In this document: piece after piece, positions 10,790-22,919 of the stretch
Layout: the number at the start of each line of letters is the position of its first letter
Position numbering within the stretch: the stretch's first letter is position 1
Assembly: GCA_051362555.1 (NCBI GenBank)
Contig: CM120645.1
Location: forward strand, 2,852,001-2,916,000
Direction: 5' to 3'
DNA length: 64,000 nucleotides
Source: Lingula anatina
Lineage: Eukaryota; Animalia; Brachiopoda
Translations under genes and position numbers: made by a program
The notes under the pieces: model-generated
Database searches by the model: none
Seen by the model: the letters and a program-made list of their open reading frames with translations, nothing else
What the model was told of the DNA's origin: nothing

Positions 10790-13700
10790 ATGGTTTGGAA
10801 AGGCTGGAAACGTAACGTCCACTCGGGCAACACCCTGAGAGCCTCAAACTCTCACTACCAGCGCTGCTACGCCACCGAAGCATCCCTGCTTAAATACTCC
10901 ACTGCCAAGGGCGTTGGAGATGACATCGAAGATGGGGGTCTTCAGGCAAGTGGCGTTACCTACTCTCTCAACAAGAAGGGCCGATGGAAACTCCCAAAGC
11001 TCTTAAAGCAAAGTATACATGAGGGTGAATGGAAAAATGAAGATTGCGAGGTTGCTTTGTTTGAGCACCACAAAATCAAACAACAGGCTGACTGTATTAG
11101 TTATTGCAGCTCAGGAAGAAATGGGAGCTATGTTGAGATCAAGCCACAGGGACATACATACTTTGATGCAGCCAGCGTGCTTGTTAAGTCTGGTAATGGT
11201 AAAAGAAGCCAGAAGAAAAGGGAAAAGCGGCTGGCAAAAATGAGGAAAAAGTATGGAGTAGATTATGACAAAGAGGGTATTGGAGAGGAAGCTGTGGACA
11301 CTGTGCAGCATGCTGTCAGCTATGAAATATACTACCCTTGTCCTAAGACCAGCTCAATCACACATAATAAGAAGTATATTAGAGATCAAGGCGTATCCAG
11401 TTATGAAGGTAAGGCTTTACGATTAATGGGTATTCTTAATTTTTTGCATTTTTCCCTTTTAAAATTTTGTTGGAAAGCACATTTTTGGTTGAGAAGTTGA
11501 AATGTGTTTACAAAAATAATGATTTTAGTGAAGGCCAATTTTGGACTATATTAATAAAATAAAACATACTAAATTAATACTTTTAAAATATAATTTTAAC
11601 AAGTTTGTTCACACTTGCAAAGTTAATTTTAATTATCATTACTTCGTAATATCCTCATTTTAAGTAATCTGCATCCTGTATTATTTGCAGATGCAGAACA
11701 CAACAACAATGGCAGTTCAAAAATCTCAAAGAAAGGAGCAACAAAGCAAAGAGGAAAGCTGAGATGGAGCAGCCAGGTTGCTGAATATGAGGAGCAGTTT
11801 GACAACTTTTACAGCAGTGAAGATGAAGTGGAACTTGAGTACACAAATAAGGAAGATGAGCACCACTTCATGTTGGACTGGGACAGCGTAGAAAGATCTT
11901 ACACTATCCTCAGTGACTTAGTTGACAGAGCTGTGGAGGCAAAAGGGAGCTACAACAGTGGATTGTTTCGGGGAGAGGCTCAAGAAAAATCGCCAGCCTC
12001 TCTTCCCGTCTCTCAAGACGGTTCCAAAGACAATAAAGTCTTCTTCCCAGCTGATGAATTCTATGAGTTTAGACCAAAGGAGGAAATTATCGAAAAAGAT
12101 ATAAATGAGGAGAAAAAGGGAGAAAAGCCATCAGCCAAATTGACAAAGCAGTCATCTAAACATCATCCCTGTGTCTCCATCCCCGTCATAATTGACACGA
12201 CCAACAACGCCATTGCTCCTGAAGTTTTACAATCCACATATGGCGACTATTATAAAGAAGGCAATTGTATTCCAAGGACTTTCACCATTGACATTTCCAA
12301 GTTTGTGTTGGAACAGGTCAGGAAGGACACCATTTTACGCAGTCATGGGTCTCATTTGGACCTCCACAGTTATCTGGTAGTGCAGGTTTTACCTGAGGGT
12401 GGAGCAGGGACACAGGCTACTGTGAAGTAAGTGAACATGTTATGATAAATGAGTATGAAGTTTTTTTGTTTTTTTTTTTTTACTATTTTCATAATGTGAA
12501 ATAATATGATATGATATTTTGAAATTTGTCAGATTAGTTTTTTTTATGTTGATTTTTTATAAATGTTAACCAAATCCAGTTATTGTACCACCAGCGTAGG
12601 TGCTGGCGGTACACATGGTTTTAGTCCCGACCCGCATGTTCCGCCGGCTCCTCTGGCTCCGCCGCCATCTCACCGTTACCGCTTCTCCTCCTAGATGGTA
12701 AGGGCTGCCATACCCATCTCTTGGATTTAGGTCACCTATAATCTCAACTCGTTCCACGTAAAATTTGGGCTTTGTCGGTGCTGGGGTCTAGGTGTGGCAC
12801 TCATTGAAATACACCCTTGTCCAAAAATGGCAAAATTAAATGCTAATTATCTACCCTACGGAAGGAATTATGGGAAAATTTTCTACAGACAGCTTTCCAA
12901 AAGTCATATGTGTAGATTTCAAATATGCCCCTGGATTTGACCTTTGACCTTTCTTTCAAGGTCAAACAGGCTAAAATTTTCAAAAAAATGAATTTTTTTA
13001 CGAAAAAAAAATTATTTGCGCTGTTATTCAGAAACCAGACAGACTTGACCAATAATATTATTGGAAAGTGTTACCCTTGGGGTCATCTTTCATCTCCGTG
13101 AATTTGGGGTCAATCGGTGCATTTTCACGGGAGTAGCGGCCATAAGATGCCGAAACTGAAAACTGTCTCTAATTCAGGAAACGTTAATGCTAGAGACCCA
13201 TTCTTTTTTGCATTTTGTAGAGCATGTAAAGCCCAACACTGTAGGTGGTCTCCGTTTTTTTGTATTCCAAACGTTTTCAAGTTACGCTATCAAAAAGTAC
13301 ATATTGGTGGTGAAAGCAAATCGAACTTAGCAAATTTTGCTGCCCTTTTATCTCCAAATCTGGCAGAGATAGGTCCATAGTTACTATTGAACTTGAATAG
13401 GAAGTCATACACTGGCAATCTAAATGTGACCTTGAAATAGACCTTTGACCTACTTTTCACCATGAACTGAACTTTGCAAATTTTGCTGCCCTTTTATCTC
13501 CAAAACTGGCAGAGATAGGTCCATAGTTACTATTGAACTTGAATAGGAAGTCATATACTGGCAATCTAAATGTGACCTTGAAATTGACCTTTGACCTACT
13601 TTTCACCATGAACTAAACTTTGCATATTTTGCTTCCCTTTTATCTCCAAAACTGGCAGAGATAGGTCCATAGTTACTATTGAAGTTGAATTGGAAGTCAT

Positions 13701-16700
13701 ATACTGGCAATCTAAATGTGACCTTGAAATTGACCTTTCGCCTACTTTTCACCATGAACTAACCTTTGCAAATTTTGCTTCCTTTTTATCTCCAAAACTG
13801 GCAGAGATAGGTTCATAGTTACTATTGAACTAGATTAGGAAGTCATACACTGGCAATCTATATGTGACCTTGAATTTGACCTTTGACCCACTTTTCATCA
13901 TGAACTGAACTTTGCAAATTTCGCTTCCCTTTTATCTCCAAAACTGGCAGAGATAGGTCCAAAGTTACTATTGAAGTTGAATAGGAAGTCATATACTGGT
14001 TATCTTAATGTGACCTTAAAATTGACCTTTGACCTACTTTTTACCATGTACTGAACTTTGCAAATTTTGCTTCCCTTTTATTTCAAAACTGGCAGAGATA
14101 GGTCCATAGTTACTATTGAACTTGAATAGGAAGTCATATATTGGCAATCTAAACGTGACCTTGAAATTGACCTTTGACCTACTTTTCACCATGAACTAAT
14201 TTTTGCATATTTTGCTTCCCTTTTATCTCCAAAACTGGCAGAGATAGGTCCATAGTTACTATTGAAGTTGAATGGGAAGTCATATACTGGCAATCTAAAT
14301 GTGACCTTGAAATTGACCTTTCACCTACTTTTCAGCATGAACTGAACCTTACAAATTTTGCTTCCCTTTTATCTCCAAAACTGGCAGAGATAGGTCTATA
14401 GTTACTATTGAAGTTGAATAGGAAGTCATATACTGGCAATCTAAATGTGACCTTAAAATTGACCTTTGACCTACTTTTCACCATGAACTGAACTCTGCTA
14501 ATTTCTTTCTCTTTTAACTCCTAACCTGGCAGAGATAGGTCCATAGTTACTATTGAACTTGAATAGGAAGTCATATACTGGCAATCTTACTGTGAAATTG
14601 ACCTTTGACCTACCTTTTGATGAACTTAACTTTGATTGTACCATTTAAAGTTATATATATTTTTTTTGCATATTTTGAAAATTCTTGTTGATTGCATTTT
14701 TACAGCTTGTCAAGCACAAGACTGGTGGCTGTGTCCCTTCTTTTGTGTATGTGGGGGTCTATACGAATTTGCTTGCTCCAGCTGGTGGTACAATATTCGG
14801 AGGCGGTATCGCCTCTCTGATCCTCTAGTTTTGTTCATGTTTTTAGGGTAAGCTTGAAAGGAAACTTCAAGATGGAGACTGTGAGGATTGAAACTCTGAA
14901 TGACATGGGTATCTATGCCTCATTGGATGCCCTGGTGTCAGCAACTGCTGTTTACATCTGCATGCTGCCTTTTGAATGGTAAGGGTGCTACAGATATTCT
15001 CAATCAGAAATAGAGTGTCTATGACTCTTAAATGTCGGTTGTCCTGTTGTAGACTTGTTGGTCAATGAAGCTTGTAGACTTTTAAAATCTCACGTACTCC
15101 TAAAGTTATTTTTTCTGAAAATTACATAGTTTTTGATGTATATAAGTGCTGATGGGTGTTTGTTCTTAAATGTATCTTTTAATTTATTGAAATGGAACAC
15201 AAGAACATTGAGAATCTCACAATATTGGCTACTGATTAATTTTCAGTTTTTACACAACCTCTACTCCACCTATGACAGTGAGTAAGACATCTCTCGCGTT
15301 TGACACTCTGAGTTCCGCTTGCAAATGGGAAACTGCTTCAGGGCTTCCTGCAGAATTATATAGCACTCTGATTGGAGATTCTGAGGCTAACACTGAGGTA
15401 TGCCCCCGTTTATTTATTATTTGGATATTAGTAGTGAAGTTATGTATAAAATTATATTTGGATATCCTGAGATATTATTAAGATGTATCCGGATAATCAG
15501 AGGTATTAATAATAATAATGAAAATATCTGATTGTTAAGAATGCTTCTTTTTCTTTATAACAATATGTTGATAGAACGCATTACATGATGATGATATTAA
15601 TTATTTCTATACTGAAACACTTTTTTCCAAAAAAAAGTAAACATCAAAGGCATGCATATTCATATATTTGCACTGAATGAAATTAAATTTAGATTTAAAT
15701 TGATATCATTAACCACCAAACAGAATATACAGTATGTATTTATTCCATAGATGGTTGAAACCTGTAAGGAAGACACCTGTGTTGTCTACAGGCAGAGTGA
15801 AGAGTACTGTAATATCTGCTTTGAGTGGACGTCCCAGGGGTATGCCATGGGCGTGGCCATCAGCCCCTGTTATCATTGGTTCTGTCGTAACTGTTGGCAA
15901 CAGCACATTGAGAGCAGGGTGCAACAGGGAGACATGAGCCTGTATTGTCCAGTAAGTGGATTTGTGTGTAACCATTTATTTGACTTGTCATAATAATATG
16001 TGTATTTATATTTATAAAACTAGCAATAATTATATCAAACTTAAATGTCTTTAAAGTCACCAAACATGGGTATGTGTTACCCTTTATATCTTCTTTTGTC
16101 ATCCTTCTTATACCCGTTAGGGTGTTGAGGGGAGAAGGAGTTTTTGTTTTCTATCTCTGGCGAGCTGGAATGTATATAACTTGTGTTAATAGCACATTAT
16201 GAAAATAAAATCCAAGTATTTACATTTGAGGGTTTTTTTCATTTTGAGGTCAGAATTATATGCACCTTTACTCTCCAGGAATACCAGTGCTCCTCCAGAC
16301 TTGACACGGCAACACTGGTGTCTTTAGTGGATGTCAGGACAGTCAGACGTCACCTGATGCAGAAACACGAGCTGGCTCTGAGCATGGAGGAAAACCTGAA
16401 GTGGTGCCCTAACCACAAGTGTGGCAGGATGATCATGGCTAAAGGTGACTTAGGCAGCATCCAACATGAAATTTCTGATTTTACAAATGTTGAAGCTTAT
16501 AGCATGAAGTAAACCCAGCAATAAAGATTTTACGTATTGTGCTAATAAAGATGATGATAAAGAGTTATTTAGATTAAAATATGAAAAATGAAAACTGCAG
16601 CAATCCTAAATACAAAAAGAATTACCACCAGTATAAGAAGAGATAAATCAACAAGTTGGTAAAATTCAGTTGTTTTCTGTTACCAGGTCACGCAGCCGAG

Positions 16701-19031
16701 GAATCCGTGTCTGTCTCCTGTAAGTGTGGCACTGCTGTCTGTTTCAAGTGTTTGAAAGCGCCTCATTGGCCAGCTAGGTGTGACCTAGCAGACGATTACC
16801 AACGCAAGCTGACAGTGAGAAGTAAGTTTGATGAAATAGGTTTTTCATTGTTTCCTATGTATTGATAAAAAAAGTTAATTGTACCTCAAAGTTCAAAAAC
16901 ATGTTGTCCCTTTTGAAACAATGTCTTTTTTATTATAAAGTAATTCCATAAACTAAAAAAATATTTTCTGGCAGGTTTTTCAAAACTTTCAGTTCTTTTC
17001 ATCTTTAAATTGTTTTGGATGCTGAAGTAAATCAATTTTTGCTCAATGTCATTTAATATCAGCATTAAATATGCATATTTTTTTTGCTTTAGAGACTTAA
17101 AAAATTGAATATTTATAAAAAGCAAATAAAATTGTCCTTTTACATTGACTTGATTTAAAGTATCTTTAAATATACAGCATTTTAAGTGGATACACATTAT
17201 TTTCAGAAGATGATTCAGATTCTGGACCTAAAGTAGCTGTGGTCTTTGTGAGACGTTGCCCTCACTGTAGATTTCCTATAGAGAAGAACGGAGGATGTCC
17301 TCATATGATTTGTCGCTGTGGGAAAGACTTCTGCTGGCAATGTCTGGCCAAAAAATGCATCTGTAATCAAGGCAATACCGCTGCCACAAATGAAGTAAGT
17401 GAAAAAAAGATGAAAGTGGTCTTTTTCAGTGTTTGATGCCTTTTTGTGGCAAATGCATTCATGAAGTACATTTAAAGTGGTCGGGGTAAGAGGGACAAAC
17501 GTATAAAATGGAGAGATAGAAAGAAAGAGATTGGTAAAAATGTACAATAAAAATAATTAAATGAATGAACTGCTGCAACAAGCTCTGAAATGATGTTTAT
17601 AATTTAATTTATTTACCCTTTAAAGGAAATTAATTAAAAACTTTAATTGCTTTTTTAGGCAATTATTCTGAGGTACAATGCGGCTCGCGTTCAGTTTGTC
17701 AACAACCTCAGCAAGGAAAGTCTGTATCGGTCTTCAGTGGAACACAGGCGAGCAGCCCGGGAATATCATGGATCAGGCATTGATAAGAAAATCAAGACAA
17801 TGCTGTACAGAAGAAAGGTGAGCTAATTTCAATTGAAAACAAAACTGCAACTGTTGAAAGGAAATTTTTAACTCGTCTGCCTTTTTTAAATGAACATCAA
17901 GTTTCTTTACTGAAAATCAGATATTACAAACATGAAAGTGCCAGTTCTGTTGCTGATTTTATTTATTTATTTAATCATTCATTTTGTTTATTTATTTATT
18001 ATACTATATTATATATATTTTTTAATTAATTTTTTGTGTTGCAGCTTGGGAAATTAGACTTTCCCGTAATTGCAGAGCAACTCCAGAAGCGTGTGGAAAA
18101 ACTTGAGCAGATGAAGAAATTTTTAGAGTCAGCAGCTGATTTCAATGCAGAGGTAAATACATTTCTAAAGAGGACTTTTTACCATGAAACCTTAATGAAC
18201 CTAGATCAAATTTTGCCTAGAACATGACTTAATTAACTAATTAATTAATTAAGCGTTTTACCTTCATAACATAGGGGGTAGCGAAAAAAATTATCCCTAT
18301 CGTATTATTTTGGTTGTCAATATAATTGCTGTATTTTATATTGCAGCTTCACCACTTGGCAGAGCACACTGCCCTCTATCTGCAGGATGACCAAGTAGCA
18401 GCAGCAGTTAAGCCCATCTTCAAGCGCATTGATTTCGTCTCCTGGAGCATAAATGAGGTAAGTTATTTTCACTCCTGAAGCCGAGTTCATGACTGAATTA
18501 ATTCACTTTGGTAAGATAAAGTCCTGATGGTGTCATTAGATAACCACCTTGCTTGACTTTTTTGCAAAATGGATTTTCTTGGGCATTTGAGAAAAGTTTG
18601 TGAATGTGAATATGAATGAGGGCTTGCTGAATTTTATTTTATTTTATTATTTTTTTTGTTAAGTAAGTGGTATTTTTAAAAGAATCATACTTTGATCATA
18701 GTTCCTCTAAAAAGATCCAAATATTAATATAACATACGTGTTCTTTTAATTCACATTCTTAAAAGATAAGTGTTCATTTTCTTCTGAAAGACTGGATAAA
18801 TAATCTTACTGTAAATTACTTACAGTTACAAGCAGTTGCTTTCTCTGAGTGCCATCAAACATTTGCAAATGAAATCAATTTTGGTATAATTTTCTCTTTT
18901 AGATTTTCAACGATGAAAGGTTCTCAAACATGGACATCATCATGAAAAAACTGAACAAGTTGATGTCCATTGGAAAGACCTGTGTACAAGCCTTGGCTTC
19001 TGTGCTGAGACAAAGTGGGAAACAGATGTAA
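10790..19031 (+). CDS. RBR E3 ubiquitin ligase, Ariadne-like, copy B (944 aa; canonical Cys-x-His active site)
   Basis: Exons 10790-11408, 11691-12426, 14847-14978, 15247-15397, 15751-15951, 16279-16444, 16687-16821, 17207-17394, 17659-17817, 18045-18152, 18347-18457, 18903-19031. Lengths and phases match copy A. RING2 [29 protein letters not shown]. Confidence 0.9.
12580..14828 (+). mobile_element. Helentron-associated non-autonomous element (HINE, DINE-1-like) in RBR copy B intron 2
   Basis: 5' subTIR TATTGTACCACCAGC (12581-12595) with an adjacent partial inverted copy, and a matching 3' subTIR GCTGGTGGTACAATA (14781-14795). It has a 3' hairpin GAGGCG-gtat-CGCCTC, ends in CTAG-TTT, carries a central tandem array, and is absent from copy A. 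Confidence 0.85.
13323..14633. repeat. Tandem satellite, ~9 x 145-146 bp, inside the HINE
   Basis: TGGCAGAGATAGG recurs at 13361, 13507, 13653, 13799, 13945, 14090, 14236, 14382 and 14527. Units contain TGACCTTGA..TGACCTTTGACC motifs. Confidence 0.96.
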
Positions 19032-20299
19032 AGTGTTGAAGGGAAAAGAGTTTTTCTGTGAAGATGGACAACTATTTCACTGTCTTTCATAATGATGGAC
19101 GTACTAGTAGGTTATTGTGTAGCTTTTGACTAACATACAAACAATTCCAAACTGTAGTATTTGGGGACAAAAATCAAGAGACCCCTTGAACCATCCAGTG
19201 AAACCTTATGGTTGATATTTGTTTGACCAATTTCAAGTAGATCAATCATGTAAAGGGAAAATATTGTATCATGAAAACCCAACGTAATTGCAATCTATCA
19301 CAGAATGATACAAATGTAGCTTTTTGTTTGACAAATGCAACGGTGGTGAACTAAAACTTAAATTCAGGTTTACCTTTTATTGTTACTTCTATGTATATAA
19401 TTGATTTTTAAGATCTCTTTTAATATTTTTATTTATATGGAATCGAAATCAATATTTAATTAGATAATTAAAGAATGTTGGAACATGTAAACAAAATTAC
19501 AATCATTGACTGTATTTTACATTTTTTGTTGTAATAAATTCATTTACATCTACATCTTTGAATCTGCATTTGCCATTTGCCTCGGAGTCCAAAGATCCCA
19601 GGTTTCATTCCAAGCCCGTTCGGGAAACCAACAAAAAATTACCTTCTACAAAAACAAAGAAAATATATTATTTCAGGATCTTTCAAACATCAAGAACGTA
19701 AGATAACTGAGTAGCTCAGTAGATAAGACTTCTAATGAACGGATTGTTGTCGAAATGGCATCAGACAGTTATTCTAGTTATTCAAGAAAGCGTGCAGCTG
19801 GCATTTTCTTTTCAATACGTGCGACCCCTTAGAAAATTTATTGTTGGGTCATTCTCCTTCCCCGATAAAGATGGAAAAAAGACCAGATTGTGTGCACAAA
19901 GAGATTTTTTTGTTTGTTTATTTGCTAATCGAGGTTTGATCAGTGATGTTTTTCCATTATGCGAAAGAAAAAATGTCCATATAATCTTGATAAGAGTTGA
20001 TGGCCACGTTTATTTTTTAAGTCTGAAGTGGACCGCTTTAAAATTGATTCCAAAAGAATTCGATCGCAATCAACCCAATGTATGCGCAGCTTGCCGACCA
20101 AACAATAAATTCACTGGATTCTCTGAAATAAATGATTAGCAATCTCGGTTTTGCTGCAGAATTTTCTTGAGGTTTTTTTTTTCGATCGGATGTTACCCAA
20201 ATGAACGTCGTGAGACGGCGCGTAGGGCCCTTTAAATCGTCTCGTGTCGATAGCTATGAAATTGCACTTTAAGTCTAATAATGAAAAACTTCTTTAGAT

Positions 20300-20391
20300 T
20301 GAGTCAGATAGCACTCATTGACACGACAGTGGCTATATCTTAAGATAACCTCCCGTTTTTTTTTTTTTTTTTTTTTTTTTTTTGTATAAAA
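20300..20391 (+). promoter_or_regulatory. Proximal promoter of the Cys-rich peptide gene copy B (AP-1 site, GATA sites, TATA box)
   Basis: TGAGTCA at 20300-20306 overlapping AGATAG, AGATAA at ~20343, and TATAAAA at 20385-20391, 68 nt before the ATG. Confidence 0.55.
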
Positions 20392-20452
20392 AGAAGCCTG
20401 TCAAACATAACTGCAAAGGCTTTTGACCGATTTGTCGACTTGACGCAGCACC

Positions 20453-21455
20453 ATGAAAACCAAGTTTGGCGTCGCTCTTCTGTTTGGTGAGTGAAGGCTC
20501 AGTTGTGACAAAAGCGACATATTTATGTTCTCAAAAATTTTTTAAAATATGTTACACATTAGAAAATTTTCATACGTTAAAAGATAATATTCCTATTGCC
20601 TTTAGTCAACATACGAGGCAATTGTTGGATTTTTACCAATGTAAGAGTCATTTTTCACCAATGCTGACATCTGCCAGAGTAAAAAATTATGTCGCATATA
20701 CGTGGACATTGTTCAACCCTTTCCAACCAGAAAACATCACCATCATAATTTTACTGTTCACTTTTGTCCTTTTCAGTTTTCCTCATGATCAGCACTACTT
20801 CTGCGCAAAACATCACCATACCAGGTGGGTGCGGCTTTTTTGCGGGAGCTTTCCGTTGCCGCCTCCAATGTTGGTTCAGCGGGAGATTTGGTTCCTGCTG
20901 TGGGGCACAAAACTGCTCAACTAACTGTTACTGCAATGGTCCAGCATCTCTCCTCAGTATTCCACCTAATTTTGTAAGTATCCCTTTAATCTGGGAGATA
21001 ATCTGTGCCCCCCCCCCCCCCCCCCCATCTCCTCAATATGAAAATATTATACTAGCGAATCTAGACAAAACTAAGTAATGGTTTTAAAGTTCTATCCGTG
21101 GGTCCAATATTTTATGATAAAAAAATCCTTTTCTGCCGTTTTGTTTTTGCCGAGCAAATCTAAATAATATTTCTGTCTTTTGATCACTCCAACCTCCACC
21201 TTCTCCCACCTTCACTTTAACAAAACCTTGGGTCCGCCAGTGGTATATATATATATATATATATTGGATATTCCTTACTCATTTCTTGATAGTACACAGC
21301 TTTAACATTATGACCAACGTGCAGAATAGTATACATACATCCCTACCGTTAAACTGATTTCTTCAATTTCCTTACATTTAACATATTTCTGCTGATTTTT
21401 CTTCCAGGGAACGGTGCCAACTCAGTGCACGAAGTGTGCTGCTATAGAAAACTAA
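20453..21455 (+). CDS. Secreted cysteine-rich defensin-like (CS-alpha-beta) peptide precursor, 92 aa, 10 Cys
   Basis: Exons 20453-20486, 20777-20973 and 21408-21455 (GT-AG, phases 1 and 0). Translation: MKTKFGVALLFVFLMISTTSA|QNITIPGGCGFFAGAFRCRLQCWFSGRFGSCCGAQNCSTNCYCNGPASLLSIPPNFGTVPTQCTKCAAIEN*. It has a hydrophobic signal peptide split by a phase-1 intron, a C..CxxxC..GxC..CxC signature, an upstream TATA box, and AATAAA at 21539 and 21638. Confidence 0.82.
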
Positions 21456-22399
21456 TTCAAACACATACTGTTGGACTACATCTCATTTGAAGAGTCGTTG
21501 AAAATTAAGTTTGAATCTTTTGAAAAACTAAAAGGGTAAATAAAAATCAATTGAACATTAATACATTTTCAAAAAAAGGGAGTTAAATATAATGCCAACG
21601 TTCGATTTGATGTATCAGAATTGATATCAGATATCACAATAAATATGAATACATAAAATGCTTTTATCACGTCATTCACAATTATTTTTGTTTGGATGCT
21701 TCAGTTTCGTTATCCTTTCAAACGCTTGAATGAAGTAGGCCTTATGGATAGGATCTTGTTGGGACATTTTATAATGAGCTGCTGTGTATGTATGTATGTA
21801 TGTATGCATGTATGTATGCAATATATAGCACAGAGAAGAGAGGCTAACAAAGCGATCACTTTATAATATAATATAATTTCTCGACATATATTTTAAGAGA
21901 CCTAGCTGTGTCGTCACAGGGTTGACATTGCTCAGACGAACTTGCTGCGACAGAGAGACGCAGTTCGTGCATTGTTGCGTTTCTCAAGAAGGAATTTTGC
22001 GAAGCCTTGTATCACAAAAAGTAATAAAAGAATAAAAATAAATGAATAAAATGATAACAAATGAATTTCGTGGGCAAAAATTATTCAAAGTTTTCAAATT
22101 TACTTTCCTGGTTTTAATACCAACTTACGGAGAACTGAGAAAAAATAAGGTGTTAATTATTTTATAAGATTTATAATGAAACGGGCCAATGGAGTTTGTA
22201 AAAAAAAAGTCCTTCGTTATAAAATTTATAAGATTTATACCACCTCATAGCTTCGATTTAATTTAATATTTTTTTCTTTAAAAAAATCAGATAATAGAAA
22301 ACTATGTCAGTTAATTGGGCCAATTAACATTGTTTTTCTTGATAAAATAATATATTCATTAATATTTTGTAGAAACAAAGGCCCTTAAGTCTTAAACAC

Positions 22400-22919
22400 A
22401 CCAAAACGAAGCTGTTTGCGAGACACTCGTTGTCTCAACGCACGCCCACACGCGCTCAAACCAGTTGAAAAAAGTACCAATAGACGTCGCTTGCTTCCTT
22501 AACGCACCTGACATTCCTGTGGCTTGTCTTGGCCATTGAGATAATCACTTCCGGCATCATACGCATGCTCATTCATTGGCCCAACAAGCGACGGAGCGAG
22601 TCGGTGAGTAACGTTTGTAAACTCTTCTAACTTCATTACCAGTGTAAATTGGTCAGCGTTACAGAAACTCACGGACTACATATGAGTTGATAACACGCCA
22701 ACATCACACAGAAGTCGATAGGATTAACAAAACCAAGTCTCTTTTTGACGATTTGTAAAGGAATTTGAAAGGAATTTAAATTACAGTAACCTGATCGCAT
22801 AACGCGACACGAGGAGTAGAGGAGAGAAGAGTCGGGGCAAAAATTGACAAGTTGACTGCTGTTCCAGTTTACGATCGGAGGCTTCTGAGTTAGTCATCCC
22901 AACAGGTAGGCGCTAACAG
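22400..22919 (+). promoter_or_regulatory. Candidate distal promoter and non-coding first exon of the plexin gene
   Basis: Local CpG enrichment, CCAAT (~22478) and ATTGG (~22575), ETS-like CACTTCCGG (~22546). Donor-like sites CG|GTGAGT (22603) and CAG|GTAG (22905, 22919). The link to plexin is inferred. Confidence 0.5.

Larger units (their letters stand above)
727..20901 (+). repeat. Tandem segmental duplication of the RBR ligase + Cys-rich peptide cassette (unit A <727-9345; unit B 9346-20901)
   Basis: Exons, introns, 3' flank and peptide promoter are colinear, roughly 90% similar by eye. The offset is 9781 bp at the RBR ATG and 11556 bp at the end because of copy-specific insertions. Similarity stops abruptly after TCCTGCTGT (9345 versus 20901). 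Confidence 0.93.

Noticed and set aside
13323-14633. CRISPR-like array
   Set aside because: The whole 146-bp units are repeated with no unique spacers, and the array lies in an animal intron inside a HINE.
19735-20139. 134-aa ORF (paralog 8292-8585) containing CAAC
   Set aside because: The two copies differ by frame-shifting indels, so the frame is not conserved; this is the upstream region of the peptide gene.
727-20901. Duplication as an uncollapsed-haplotype assembly artefact
   Set aside because: Copy-specific transposon insertions, substantial divergence and a sharp microhomology junction inside a gene favour a real tandem duplication. This is not formally excluded without read depth.
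20466-21078. ORF-track calls 20466-20924 and 20764-21078 as stand-alone genes
   Set aside because: They run through intron sequence. The spliced 3-exon model explains the signal peptide, splice sites and Cys pattern better.
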